DNA of 64,000 bases from Geosiphon pyriformis uo1 (taxonomy: Eukaryota > Fungi > Glomeromycota), in the NCBI GenBank assembly GCA_016748015.1, contig JAAOMT010000762.1:671401-735400 (forward strand). Direction: 5' to 3'. The translations under genes were made by a program, and so were the position numbers. Below are positions 1-14,200 of this stretch, in pieces. The notes under the pieces were generated by a model. That model did no database searches and was not told the origin of the DNA. It saw nothing but the letters and a program-made list of their open reading frames with translations. Numbering within the stretch: the first letter of the stretch is position 1; the number at the start of each line of letters is the position of its first letter.

Positions 1-1319
1 TATTGTAATATTTCAGAAATTTTGTTTAGTGTTCTACAATCGTTTCTAAAAACTTCTTTAATTTTTTTTACTACCATAAAAAGAATGATTTCTATTAACA
101 AATTGGAAAATCTCCCTAATTGTACATGTCTGATTAAATATTATATGATTATAGTGTAATTATAGAAAGTGGAAATTACTTATATTCTGTTATCATATTT
201 GTAAAAATAGGGACTATAAGGAGATATATATAGTAAAAGTAACTATAAGAAGATAATATTATATATAAATGGTTTTGGTTTTTAAAAAAATGTGATTATA
301 AGAAGATAGTGACTATAACCAAAAAGACTATAGAGAAAGTTTACTATACTGCTTTTAAAATTAATAATATATGATTTTTTAAGTTAATAGTTATATTTGT
401 TTTATTTTTTATTTTCTTAATTTTTATTGTTATCAATATTTTACTGTTATAATATTTGGTTTTTATAAAGTTTTAAATCTTGTTATTATAAAAATTAGTA
501 CTTTATATAAGTATTATTTTTGGTAAGAAACTTTTGAATATTATTACTATAACAAATATTAAAGTTTAAATTATTTGTTTAATAATTACAAGATGTTTTT
601 ACTTTTTTTTTTAAGTTATCTCCTAAATTTGTTGTTAACTTTAGGTTTTTTATTTTATTTTTTATTAATAATAAAACTTATATTATGACTTTTGTCTTTT
701 TGGCTTCTTTGATTGCTTTAACTGTTAATTTTGTTGTTCAATTCAAATTAAATTTTTTGAAATTTCAAGTCTTGAATTTGGTTGCTTTGATTAAATTTGT
801 TATTAAGTTTGTTGATTTTTTAATTAATTTAACTACTATTTTTTTAAATAATAATGTTAACAAAAATCTTTAAATGAAAAAATTTGCTTTTTATAAAGTA
901 TATTATTAATAATTTTTCTAATTTTTTGGTTAATATTTCTAAGAACATTGCTTGTTTTAAATTTAAAATTAATTTTGGTAAAATAAATTATAATAAAATA
1001 CTAGTTATTAAGTTTTTTAAGTAAGAATATTATTAAACATATATTTGTTTTGTAATATATGTCAAGTTTTAATATTAGAAGTTATATTAAGACAATTAAA
1101 TTGTTTTTTAATTAGTTTATTAATTAATTTATTTTTAATTTTAGACATTTGAATAGCATAATTAAAAAAATTAATAAATTAGATTTATTTTTAGCTTTTT
1201 TTGTTTCAATATAGTATTGCTTTGACTAGTTCAAGTAATTGGTTATATATAAAAAATGCATAATTTACATTTAGTTTAAATTACTTAATTTAATATATAA
1301 TATTAACTTCTTTATTAAC

Positions 1320-3838
1320 ATTATTAATCTTAAACTTCCACCTATTTTTGGTGATTTGTTTACATACTAAATTAAGTTTAAAACTAAAAAGTTTACCTAA
1401 ACCAACATTCACTAATACAACAAAATAATTTATATTAAAAAATTTATTTAAATAGTACACTTGTTAATTAAAAAATAAACTTTAAAGATCATTACCAAAT
1501 AAAACAAAGTCTATGTATTTTTTAATTCCTTTAAAGTTGAATCATATAAAAAGTTTATGCAACAAAAACTTATTAAAATAGTTAAACAAATTCATATTTA
1601 AAAATTTTCTAAAATTTGTACTATGACCAGAATTATTCTTATTAAAGTTATTATTTAATACTATAAATATATTACTATTTAAAGCTTTAACTACTATTAA
1701 ATTAATATTACAAAACTGGTTAATTTTTTTTCCAAAGTGGCTTTAATATATAGATCCAAAATAATACTAAAAAATAATTCTTAAACAGCAAACATATTAA
1801 CAATAATTGATTAGCAATTTTTAATATTTTGTACATATATTTAATAATATTATTATTAATTAATATAGCAATGTTAAAACCCAGATAATTAGAGTTTATA
1901 TTTGAAGTGAAAATCTTAATTTTTTTAAATCTGTTTATAATTCAAAGATGAATTTTACTTTTCAGTTTTGTTTTTGTAATAATAAATATCAAATTGTCTT
2001 TATTTATATGTCAACAAATAATGTTTTTTTGTTTAACTAAATTATTTATATCTTTGATATTACACATAGCTATTTTCTAAATAAACCCACTTATTGTAAT
2101 AAAAAATATGTTAAAAAATCTAAGTTAATATATAAAAGATTTAGCTTTGCCAAAACTAAATTAATAAATATCTTAAAAGTTATTAATTTTGATTTTAGAC
2201 TGTCTATGTTAATAGTTAAAACTTTAGAGCTATTTAGATTAAATAATGAAATTTTATTAACTGTCAAGAAAAAAGAGAAAAAGACACTTGTAAACTGTTT
2301 AAAATTATGCCTGAGTTTGATTTTAAATCAAAAGCCAAAGAATTTAATAAGACTTAAAAGAAAAAAAGAAAAACTAATAATACTAAGTCTATATTACTTA
2401 ATCTATACACAATACCAAACACTTAAGTAGCCAGCAATTTTAAAAAACACTTCAAAAAAGCCAAGTAAACACAAACAAAAAAGTTATTTAGCAAAGTAGA
2501 AAAAGCTTTATTAATACTTAGAAAACCAGAAAAAAAGAATCTAAAACCAAAACCAAAGTATATATTGTCAAAAATAAAAGTCATTAAAACTATCTGAGTC
2601 CATAACTTGTTACCAAAAGTGGCAGAGCAAAATATAAAAATGTTTTTCTTGGTATACAACTTGGCTAACTAAAAACAATTTTTATTAAACATAAACTTCT
2701 TAAATGTTTTCAAAAATAGAGAAGCAGAAACATTAAAAGTATTATATTTTAGAGCAAAATATCTAAAATATCTGTACTTTTTGTATTGCACCAAATCTAG
2801 TCTAGTCCAAAAAAGCTTTATATCATCCAAAATTGGCTCTATGTAATAAGCAAATTCTAAATTATTTTTAAACTCAAAACTAACTATTGTACAGTAAATC
2901 TTATTTTTAATTTTAAATAATTAATTAATAATACAAGTTTTTTTATCTATCTTTTTCAATAAAGTGCTTAAATTATAAGCTGTTGTTTTTATAAGCAAAG
3001 TAAACAAAAAAGCCTTAAATTAATTTTTAGACATCCAAACATTACAATCTTTTATAGTTCTAACCACATATATTGAATTTTTTCTGATTAAAAATAACTA
3101 TTTAGCTGTCAACTAATCTGTTCAAACTAATTCAGTAAACTTCATTATAGTCTTTTATTAAAGCTTAATTAATTGCAATTAGATTAACACAATTTAACCA
3201 AACTTAAATATTGTAGTGACAATTATTTCCTTTGACATGTTTATAAAAATTTCTTTGATTATCACAATTTGATCAGAATGTATTTTTTGTTTTTTAAGAT
3301 TATTGTTTACAATAATACCTTTTTTTCTGGTCAATAATATAGTCTTTTCTATGTTTTTTTTTAATGTAAATGTTAATCTAATAATTTTTTAAAATTAAAA
3401 GAACCAAAAAAAAGTTACTAATTATATTAGTACTTATTTTTTTGGCTTTAAGAATAATAATAATCAAACTCAAAAGAAATCTATTCTTAATACTATTTAT
3501 AATAATACTATTTTTATTACTATTAGACTTACTGTTTATATTTAAATATACACTATTTAGATCAGATTTGACCAATAATATATCTTTCTTATTATTAAAA
3601 TGCTTAATATTACTAAAAACAACTTTTTTTTTTAAAAAAAAGCCATTAACAAAATCATCAAAAGTCTCTTTAGGCATTTTTTTTTTAAATATACTATTAC
3701 TTGAAGCAGTTTTTAAGTTCACAACAAAAAAATTATTAAGTTAAAAAATATTAAAAAAGAACAACAAGAAAATAAAATATTTTTTTTTAAAATTATGCTC
3801 TTTGAGGAATTTGAAATATAAGAAAAAAAGAAGTTTTA
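1320..3838 (-). mobile_element. Heavily decayed non-LTR retrotransposon (LINE-4): 5'UTR, ORF1 and APE-endonuclease remnant
   Basis: By-eye alignment: 2600-2690 matches LINE-2 ORF1 (50880-50980); 1335-1420 matches the LINE-2 APE region (49610-49700); 3795-3838 resembles the reverse complement of the LINE-1 5' end. Boundaries approximate. Confidence 0.65.
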
Positions 3839-4369
3839 TTTAATATTTAAATAATAATATATGTTAATTAATAATAAAAATTATAAAAATAATTTCATGC
3901 TAATTAATAATTTAAATTTTTATTAGTAATCTAATTTTCTTTTTAAAACTAAATTTTATTAAAGTTTAAATACTATCTGTAATTAATCAGATAATAAACC
4001 AAAATTATTAAAAAAATTTAGTTTAAAAATTGTTAAATTTTTAGTTTTGTAAATTTTTTAATATATTGAATCTTTAAAAATTGTAAAATTGAATATTGTA
4101 AAATATTTTTACAAATGTAAAATAGATTATAGAATTTAAAAGTTGCTTTAATTGTGTAATAAGTATTTATTAGTCTGGATATTGTCTTAAATTTATTGTA
4201 AATTTGTTTTTAAATAGCTTTAGATATAAGATTTGTTGTTTTAAGTTTCAGTATTTTTTGTAAAACATTTTTCTAATAAAAAAATATTTATAAATTAAAA
4301 AGTATTTATTGTTTTGTTTGTTAAAATACTGTTAAAGTTTTTGTTAAATTGTAATATTTGGTAAAATAT

Positions 4370-5940
4370 TGTTATAAGTTAGAGTAACAAGCTAATAGAT
4401 AATAAAAAAAACAAAATTATAAGATAATAAAAATAATTAAAAAGAAAATTACAATAAAAGAGCAAATTAAATAAGTAAGAATTCAATATACTTAATTAAT
4501 TTTATAAAAATCACAATTGTAAATCTTTTCTGGAAATTTAAAAATAGAATATAGTCCATAATTGTTAACAAAATAATACTACTGCTATTATTTTATGTCT
4601 TAACTTGGCAATTCTTAGAATCAATAACAGTGTTACCAGTAGATTTTTAGCTATTAAATAACATGAAATTACTCTTATAATTCTCATTATTAATTAGCAC
4701 ATATTAATATTATTTTAAATTATTATTTATTATTTAATTAATAATCTGATTTGTACAATAGAAATTAGGATAATTAAATTATACAATACTTCGAACTATA
4801 TAACATTTAAGAATTTGCTGAAATTTGTAGAAATTTGCCAAAATAATAAATAGTTCACTGAAATAACTTGTAGTTTGTCAAAATATATTTTTAATTTGTC
4901 AAAATTATAGCAAAGAAAAAAGTTCAAGTTCAAAGATTAGTACTATAACAAGTTGTATAAAAAAAGAGCTTCTTTTTTCAAAAAAATATATCTTACTTTA
5001 GATTTATATTTTTTAGAATCATCTTTAAGAAATAAATATAAAAATATTCAAAAAACCAATCTTTTAATTATTTTTACTTGAAATTCTCCAAAACTCAACT
5101 AACATTTTAAAATTGATTAGCTACCAATTTTAGTGATCTATTAGTAACTTCAGGCCTAAATAGAAAACGATTCCCTTAACGAAATTCTATTTCTTTAATA
5201 TTTTTTTTATTTTTTTTTTATTTTCTTATTAGAATTATTAAGATAGCCTACAGACAAGATTCTTATAGAAAAGTTGACTTTCACAGCAAAGTAACTACAC
5301 ATTTTTAATAAGCTTTTAGACAAGCAATTTCTGAGAAAGAGTTGACTTTTACTACAAAGTAACTACATTAAATAACTAGTACAGAATTGATTATTTCACT
5401 TATAAGCTCAGCAGTTCAAATTATAGAAGATAATTTGAAGATAAATTCAGTTATCAGAGGTTTACTAGCTTCCAAAAAATGTGAATTAACAGCAAACAAA
5501 AATTAACAACATTTAAGAAAAGAGACCAAAAACCTCCAATAACAACAGATATTGTTGTGTTTTTTAATTATTTCTTTATTTAATAAATTACAAAAGCAAA
5601 TAATTACTTCTTAAGCTAATTTTAATAATACAAATTAAGAAAAAAAAAATTAAGATATGTAAATACCAACAAGTAATTTTTTATTCCAAGATATTCAGAT
5701 ACTTGAAAATAAAGAAAAAAAAATAAACAATATAAAAAAAAGTAATTAATAATGAGTTTTATTTGATTACTTTAATCATGTTCTTTTACAGTTAAGAGAC
5801 TTATTGCTTATATAATTATTAAAAATAGTCAACAACCAAATCAGTAACCAAGTCAATGATTAAATTAATAATTAGGTTAATAATCAAATTATTGATTAGA
5901 TTAATAGTTAAGTTATTATCTAAAAATAAACAGTAAATTT
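4370..5940 (-). repeat. Decayed A-family LTR, interrupted by a B-family solo LTR
   Basis: tgttataagttagagtaacaagctaat at 4370 matches the reverse complement of the A LTR 3' end; 5660-5930 matches the reverse complement of 10545-10830. The right boundary is uncertain. Confidence 0.7.
4631..5544 (+). repeat. Solo LTR, B-family
   Basis: TGTTACCAG...AATAACA termini, collinear with 16004-16979; 4-bp TSD ACAG at 4627-4630 and 5545-5548. Confidence 0.92.
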
Positions 5941-8304
5941 TTTTTTAAGATTTGTTTTAAGAGTTTTTATAAGTAAATTTTAAAATAACTTCTTATGTTT
6001 TTTTTATAAAGATAATAATTTCATGTTTTTGTTATTAAAATTGTAACAAATTTTTGTTTGAGTGTAATTAATATGTTTTTTAATAATAATTATAAATAAT
6101 TAAGAAGTATTTTTAAAATTAATATTAATTTTTGGAATATATATTAAATGTTTTTGAGAATTATTGTAAAAGCTAATTAAATATAAAAAAAATAAAATTA
6201 TTTTTGTTTTGTTTTTATTTTAGTGTATTTTAATTTATTTTTGTAAAATTGTTTTTAATAAGTATAAAACAAATATAAAAAATATTAATATTTAGATTAG
6301 AAGTTATTTAATAACAATTATTAATTCTAAATTTCAAAAAATATTTTTAGAGTTAATAAAAAGAATTATATACCAATTTATAAAATTAAAAATTCGAAAT
6401 TGGTTTAAAATAGTAGTGTTTAAGTTTGTTATTATGTACAACTTTTTTTAAAACTTTATTATCAAGTTTTAACTTATATAATCTATTTTTTAAAAATTTG
6501 TAAATGTAAAATAATTCATCTTATTTATGATTAAATTTTTTATTTCATTGTTTTTTAGTTATAATTCTGTATAAAAAAACTTTATTTTTAACTTTAAATT
6601 TATTGATAACAAATAGTAGTTTATTGTTATAATATTTTTTTATTGAACTTAAAAGTATTTTATATAAATAGCTACAATTTGTTATATTTTTTTCAGTATG
6701 CTTAAAAATATATAAGCTCTTTTTTGCAATGTTTCTTTAAAGTTTTTTTTGTAATTAATTGAACTGAATAAGACTTTACTATAAAATTAATTAGTAATAT
6801 TGCTGTTTTTTTATAGATTAAATTAAATAATATATGTTTTATTGTATTTTGTTTTAATATTCTATATATTATACTAAAAAAATAAAGATATTTTATTCTT
6901 ATTTAAAATTAATTAAAACTTTGGTTAATAATTTGTAAAGTATTCTGTTAAAATATTTTATAAATTTATTTGTTTATAAATAATAAAACAAAGATAAAAG
7001 TTTTTAACATTGAATTATTCACAAATTTTTTGTATTAAGTTGTTTACAAAATGTATTTTTTGATTATATAAAAATTTAATTGGACATTTGTGTTAATAAA
7101 TAATGTTTTTATAAATAAAATTTGTTATTAATTTTGTGTTTATTTGTTAAATTGTTCTTGTTTTGGCTATTTTATTAAATAATCTATTACAACTACAATA
7201 TATTAGTTTTTTTTTTAAATTTTAATAGGTAATAGTCTAACTAAATTAATATCAACTTAATTAAAAAATTGTTTAACTTTGATTAAATTCAAGAATTTTA
7301 TAAGACATTTTTCTTTTTTTTAATAACTATTACAATATTTTTTATTTAAAGCCAAAAATAATGTTTTAATATTTTTTGAATTGTGTTATTTTTTTAAAAT
7401 GTATTAATAAAAAATTTAAATAACTGTTATATAAAATTATTTTTTTTTATGTTTCTGAATTACTTTGAATAAGTTGTTTAAATTTTTGTAATTTTAATAG
7501 TAAATAATATTATTGTGTATAAAATATGGTTTTGCTTGATATTATAATTGTTGTTTTTTACTTGAAGACTAAGATTTTAATATTATAAGTATTTTTAAGT
7601 ATTGTTTAAGATTATTGTAATTTTCGAATTTATTGTTGTTTGTTTTATCAGTTTTTGTTTGTTGAATTGATTGAATTTCAGGTTTTAATTTTGCTTTATT
7701 CTAAAAAGACAATTAATATTTGTGTGTAATTTTTTTGGTTTGTAATATATAATATATTGGTAATTTGCAAAAAATTTGGTCTATTAAATTTGTTTAGTAT
7801 TTAATTTTAAATTTTTATTATGAAGTTATTTGAACTCAATATTATTAATAATAATATCGAATTTTTTAAGCTTGAAATATAAATTAAAGTAATAAAAAGC
7901 CCAATTATAACTGCTGTTTTCAACTTAGTAACAAAATATTTTTTTTTGCTGAAGATAAAATAACACTAAAAGCTATATATAAAACATTTATAGCTAGTTA
8001 AAATTTTTTGTTAAAATCAAAGTAATCTAAAATTAAAGCTATTATTAGCTTTTTTTTAAAAACATTAAAGATATTTTATTTTTTTGCTGTTTATTTGTAT
8101 TTGATGTTTTTGTTAATTAAATAGTTGAGAAGTTTGACAATTTCAGAAAATTTTTTGATAAATTTTTAATAGTAAAATATTAATTCTGTAAATTTTTTTA
8201 ATTTGGTATTTCAAAAAACTTTGAAATTTTTAACAATACTGATTTTTTTTAAATTAAGTTTAACTTTTTTTTTATTGACAATGTAATCTAAAAAACCAAA
8301 TTAG

Positions 8305-9382
8305 TATTATTTAAGTAAGAAAATAATTAAAAACTTATTTTAAAAAAACACAAAAACTATATAATAACATAAAAAAATGTGATAATATAAGATAATACAA
8401 AATAATATAAGATAACACAAAACAATATAAAATAATACAAAATAACATAAAATAATACAGAAAAATAAAAAATAATAAAAAATAATACAAATAACACATA
8501 AAAACATAAAATAACACAAAATAATTAGTAATAATATAAAATAATTAATTATAATATAAAAAAATAAAGCAATAACTAAAATAACAAGTAATAACTAACA
8601 ATAATAAGTAATTAAAAACAATCTTGTAAAACCAAAAAATATGTATAAAAATAAGTAGTTTTAGCAGATAAAACAAACAAATCAGATCAAAATTAGCTTA
8701 AATATTTTATATTATTTTTAGCTTTAGAAATTTTTTTCTTTTTTTTATCTTTAGAAATTTTTTTCTCTTTTTTATCTTTTATATTTCAAATTTACCAAAT
8801 AAAATATTATTGTTTAAATTCATAAACTCATAATTTTAATACTTTAATTGTCAAAATCTGATTAATTGTTTTTGCTTATCTTTGTTTTAGACCAGATATT
8901 ATTAACATAAATGTTTTTAGAATCTTAATAACTTAAACTAATTACAGTAATTAAATACTAATTATTTTTTATTTTATTTTATTTTATTTTATTTTATTTT
9001 ATTTTATGGAATAGCAACATTAGAAATTAACTATTTAAAAATAAACTTTGTAATAACCAATAAAAAAAAAGTTCTTCTTAAATTTGAATATTAACTTTAT
9101 CTTATTAGCTTACTAAAAAACAAAAAAATAACACCAGACTTTAGTAATTATATTTGCTAGCTCGAAAAAAAACACAACTACAATAAGACAACTAAAAAAA
9201 CAGTATTTCTATGTTTTATAACAAAAAAGCTTAATAGATAGAACTTTAAACAGAAAAACTTTTAAAAACTAATAATTGTCTTTAATATACAAACAATTTT
9301 AACTAAAAATTAATCTGCTTTTAATATTAAATTCACAAATGTCAAATATTATAATCATATCTTGTCAAGTTTACTTATAATA
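8305..9382 (+). repeat. 5' LTR of relic D
   Basis: Decayed match to the reverse complement of the C LTR and near-collinear with 44055-45057; contains ~10-nt ataa-type tandem repeats and (ATTTT)n at 8971-9006. Confidence 0.8.
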
Positions 9383-10469
9383 TTTAGTGCTTTTTGTAAG
9401 ATTATAAATTTATAAAGACAAAACATTCAGAAAACTTACAAAGTAATAACTATTAGAACAGTCAAAAAAAATTATTTACTATTTAAAAAAAGATTATATC
9501 AACACTTTTAAAAAGATCTAAAAATTCCAAAAGAAATATTTGTAGCCAAAAATAATTTTCTTTATTATGTACATACTAAGATTAATTATTATTTAAGTAA
9601 AACAGTAGATACTAAAAAACTTATTATTATACTTAATCTTAACTATTAAAAAAGCAATTATAGAAACTCTTTTTTTTTAACAATAAAATTAAGATATACA
9701 TATAAAATCATTATTTACAACTTAAAAAAAACCACAACACTAAAACTTCTTCTAAAAATCTGAGTTGAATACAAAAAACAATAGTCAACAACAGTTTAAG
9801 CAAAAAAACCATAACCTATTATTAGCAAAAAGTCAAGATTACTATTATTAACAATATTGTTATATTATCAAACACTCAAAAATAGAATACTACTTAATCA
9901 GTCTATTAAATTACAGTCTAAAACTCCAAAAACTTCGAAAAATTTTTATTTTTGAAATTTTAACAGAAATTTTTAAACTAAATTATAGAAAAAATATAGA
10001 ATCTTATTTGAAAATTTTATTTTTACAACAAACATTACTTTTCAAAATACTGTTATTTAAAAACAACAAATATTATAATTACTAGTCAAATTAACAACTA
10101 TCTCTTCAAAAAAAACATTATTATTTCAATCTATTATAATAAACAACAAAGAAAAACAACTAATATTAAGTTTAATTAAACAATCAAACATACTTCTGCC
10201 AATTTTTTTTTTATTAACAAACAATTAACTCTTTACTATTTTTGTTATAATTAATAGAAATATTGCCAGTTTAAAAAAATTTTTCAGTAAAAAAAAAATA
10301 CTTATACTTAGATTACAAAGACAAAAAAAACAATTATAGCAAATAATTAGAATAATATCAAAACAATAAAAGTTTTACTTTTTTTTATCAAAACAACAGA
10401 TTTATAATACCAAAGTTTTAATAAAAATTAACTAACTTTGTCATCTTTAAACTTGTTTTTTTATACTAT

Positions 10470-11184
10470 TGTTATGGTTGGAACTTATACTTCTTATTAA
10501 TTATTACATGTATTAGCCATTGATATCACATAAATTAGCTACTCTATTTTTAGAAAATAATCATTAACCTAATCATTGACTTGATCATTAACCTAATCAT
10601 TAACCTGATCATTAATCTAATTATTGACCAAGTTGTTGACCTGATTATTGACCACTTTTGACAACTATATAAGTAATGAATCTCTTAGCTGTAGAAATGC
10701 ATGAAGAAATTAAGGAAATAAAATAAATAAAATAACAACTTTCATCTCAATTTTTCTCTTATTGCTAATTTCTCTTTCCCTACTTTCAAGTATCTGAATA
10801 TCTTAAAGATAAAAGATTACTTGTTGGTTATTTTTTACCCTTTTTCTGAAACGTGTAATTGCAGCATTTGAAGATTATTGAATAAAACGTGACTGAAGAG
10901 TACATCTGATACCTAATATTGAATTCTAAGAGCACCAATATGAGGCATAGAATTGTACCAGGTATGATCATTTGTTGACAATATGGACTATTCCTCTATC
11001 TTCAGATTTCCCAGTTATCCTTGAAAAGAATAGCAACTGAGATATTTTATGAGACTGATTTTACACATTGAATTCATACTTATTCAATTTGCTCTTTGAA
11101 ATTGAATTCTCTTTGATTCTTTTCATCACCCTACAATCCTGTTTTCTCTTGCTATCCATTAGCTTGTTATTCCAATTCATAACA
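10470..11184 (+). repeat. 5' LTR of element A
   Basis: TGTTA...TAACA termini; direct repeat of 27429-28107; 12-bp tandem array at 10558-10655, TATA-like tatataa ~10667, aataaa ~10881. Confidence 0.95.
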
Positions 11185-11190
11185 TAAAAG

Positions 11191-11207
11191 TGGTGCTCCC
11201 TGTGAGG
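11191..11207 (+). promoter_or_regulatory. Primer-binding site of A (TGGTGCTCCCTGTGAGG)
   Basis: Starts with TGG 6 nt after the LTR; complementary to a tRNA 3' end ...CUCACAGGGAGCACCA. tRNA-Ile(UAU)-like from memory; identity unverified. Confidence 0.85.
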
Positions 11208-11236
11208 TTGTCAAAATCCACTCTGTTTTCTATTGT

Positions 11237-14200
11237 ATGAATGATTATTTATATTTGCCACAACAATCAGAAGAACACTTTGAAGCACACAACAAAAACG
11301 ATCTAGACTTTATTGAACTCAATTCTTTGCCCTCCTGCTTGATTTGCTTCCCCATTAAAGATCAATCCAGTAGACAATTCTAAGATTTTTGGAACTGGTT
11401 TCTGAACAAGCATTCAGCTGAAACTTATACAGCCTATACAACTTATTACTTTGATCAAGCTTATTTTGAAGACAACTTTGAAGAAAAAAACAACAGCATC
11501 AATTAACTTTTATACTCCACAACCTTTGAACAACAGCCCTCTGATTTCGAATATCTGAATCATCAAATCCACATTTGGATTGCTGCCCATCAAGCAACTG
11601 AAACTCCCTTTGAAACAGAAGAAGAAAGCTACTAAACTGCTCCTGTTTTTGACTTTTTATCAAGTGAATTAAACTTATCTATACAAACAGTTATCCCTGA
11701 ACCAATAGCTAATAACCCTATGCAAGCAAACATTCTGGCCACCCTCCAAGGTATACAAACTGCTCTAGGAAGAAGAAACAATATCCTACTACCACTATTT
11801 AGAGGTGATACACAAGATCCAATTGAATGGTTGAATGATTTTAAAAGAGCAGCTACTACAAATCAGTATGATAATGAATACAAGTTTCAAATTGTTGGTG
11901 GCTATTTTCAAGGCTTTCCTATTACTTGGTTCTTACAAGAAACTGATGCTAGTGCTTACCAAAAAATTATTAGATGGATACCAACAAATGCTGAAGAAGA
12001 AAATATCTCTTTCACAATCCAGTTTGAAACTAAATTTAGAACTTCCATCTTAATCTCAAAATGGCATATAAAATTAGAAAGACGAACTCAAGACTTTGGT
12101 GAAGTTGTGACTGAATATGCTAAAGCAATTAAAAAGCTAATCAAACATATAGACTCTGGCAGAAACTGGACTGAAGAACAAAAGATTCACTCCTTTACAA
12201 AAGGATTGAGAACTGATCTATTATATGCTCTCTGGTCTCTCTTGGCTCTCAAAAACAATCCCACAATGGATATGACCATTGAATTAGCTCAAAAAATTAA
12301 AGATAACCAAAGAATGCATTTGGGATTCACACTTTCAGTCTTTGTTCCTGCTTCTATTTTGGCTCTTGCTTCCCAAATGGCTGCTACCTCTTTTACTGTT
12401 CAGACTCAAGATCCCAATGAACAATTAATAGATAGACTTACAGCCAATCTTGCTTGGCTATTGGAACCCTTAGTCCAAACAGTCAGAGAAAATTAACAAC
12501 CACAAAGACTTAGATTTGAGCCATGCTTTAATCAGCCCTAACAGTCCTCTTATCAAAGACAGCAAAATTATGGCCCACCTGTGTGCTACTGTTGTGGATT
12601 AACTGGACACTTCTCAAGAGATTGCAACAATCCTCCCTTGCCCTCTCCAGTTTCCAGAAACAATAACAATCAAAACAACAGATCTATCAACAACAATACT
12701 CCTAATCAAAGATCTAATCATGCCAACATCAATTTTTTTGGAAAAGATCTCCTAGTAGAAGCCACAGTTTATCAGCCTTTAAACTAGTAGGTGCACCTCC
12801 AAAGGGTGAGAGTGCAAGCCAAACAGAAAAAAACCTCTTTTTTGCTTTTAACTTAACTGATGATGATCATAACATAGACAAATTAGCAATCAATATCTTA
12901 AAATCAACCAAAAAGAAGAAAAAAGCCAAGATTGATTTCATATTGGATCTCAATAAAGCTTCCACATCAACAGCTGATAACAATAAACCACTAAAAGCCA
13001 AAGTTTTCAAGAATTCTTCAAAGTTGGAACCTCCAGAAATAGTGCAAAAATCTGGTCTTTATTCCATTGTCAAAAATCTCATAGAAACTCCTGCACACAT
13101 TACCTTTGGCCAGTTAATAACTTATCCCCAATTCAGAAAAGACCTTTGCAAATCTTTGATTCTTAAGAAAAAACACCAAAAACCAACAAGTGTCCAAACC
13201 AAGCTGAACTTGCTGACAACAGCAATATTGCTCCTCTTATTTGTAAGACCCAAATGGCTGGTTACTTTATTGATCTAATTTTGGACAGTGGATTATCTGT
13301 TAGTGTCATTGCCAAATACTTCTTAAAAGCAATTGGCAGAAAGATTGATGAACCATCCACACGATTGATGACCAACATACATGGTGACAAGAAAAAAGAT
13401 TTGAACATAGCCAAAGCTGTTTCTGTCCAAATCAATGGCATTAGTATTGAAACTAACATGGAAGTATCTGAAGCAAAAGAATACACCATAATAGTTGACA
13501 ATAAATGGCTCAAGAAAGCAAAAGCCTTGCTTGATTATGAACTCTGTGAACTGACCATCAGATATGGTAAGAAACCTATTGTAGTTAAGTGTTGCCATTG
13601 GACAACTCCTCTAGTACCCAAACAAAGCCAAAAAGAAGAGCAATCAGATGAGTCAGATGATGAAGAAAGTGATAAAAAAAATGAACAAGAAGAATAAAAA
13701 GAAACTGCTGAACTTGCCTACACTATCTTTACTAGCAACAGCAAACCATTAGATAATGTCAAAGCAGATAAAAAAGGAATCATGGTAAATGGCAAGCTAA
13801 TCTGCTGGCTCTATTATGATATCCTTAGAAAAATCTTTGACCAAAAGTCTGGCAAGAAAGCCAAATACAGTTATTGGTGGCATAACTCTTGTGCCAGATG
13901 CTGGTACAATAAATTTTTGTATTCTCCCAGTAATGAATGCAAATCTTGCCTGATCTATTACAAAGATTGGGAACCAATCAGTTTGATACCCAGGGAAGAA
14001 ATAAAAGAAGTATAGAAGTCCTTTGAGAATGAACCACCTGAGATCCAATCACTTGTTGTAGAACAAAGAAAACCTTCTCCAGAAGAAAAAAAAGTAGATA
14101 TTGAAAACTTATTGGCTAGAAACAGTCCAGTTATCTCAAAAAAAGGTAATACCTCTGGACAAACCCATGTAATACAACACACCATCACAACCAAAGAAAC

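Larger units (their letters stand above)
3839..8304 (-). mobile_element. Ancient Gypsy relic E (B-family), left part: start of 3' LTR (~3839-3931), ORF3, integrase, RNase H and end of RT
   Basis: The reverse complement aligns to element B at the PPT/LTR junction (3890-3965), ORF3 (4070-4290), IN C-terminus (~6310), IN core (6750-6890) and RT-RH (8040-8304). Confidence 0.75.

Noticed and set aside
1-1300. Short gactataagaagata-like repeats (210-340) and a possible minus-strand gag remnant
   Set aside because: Too decayed and cut by the window edge to assign.
3378-3744. K/I/L/N/F-rich ORFs as host genes (also 685-873, 2206-2430, 43019-43213)
   Set aside because: Chance frames in AT-decayed TE sequence with no recognisable domain.
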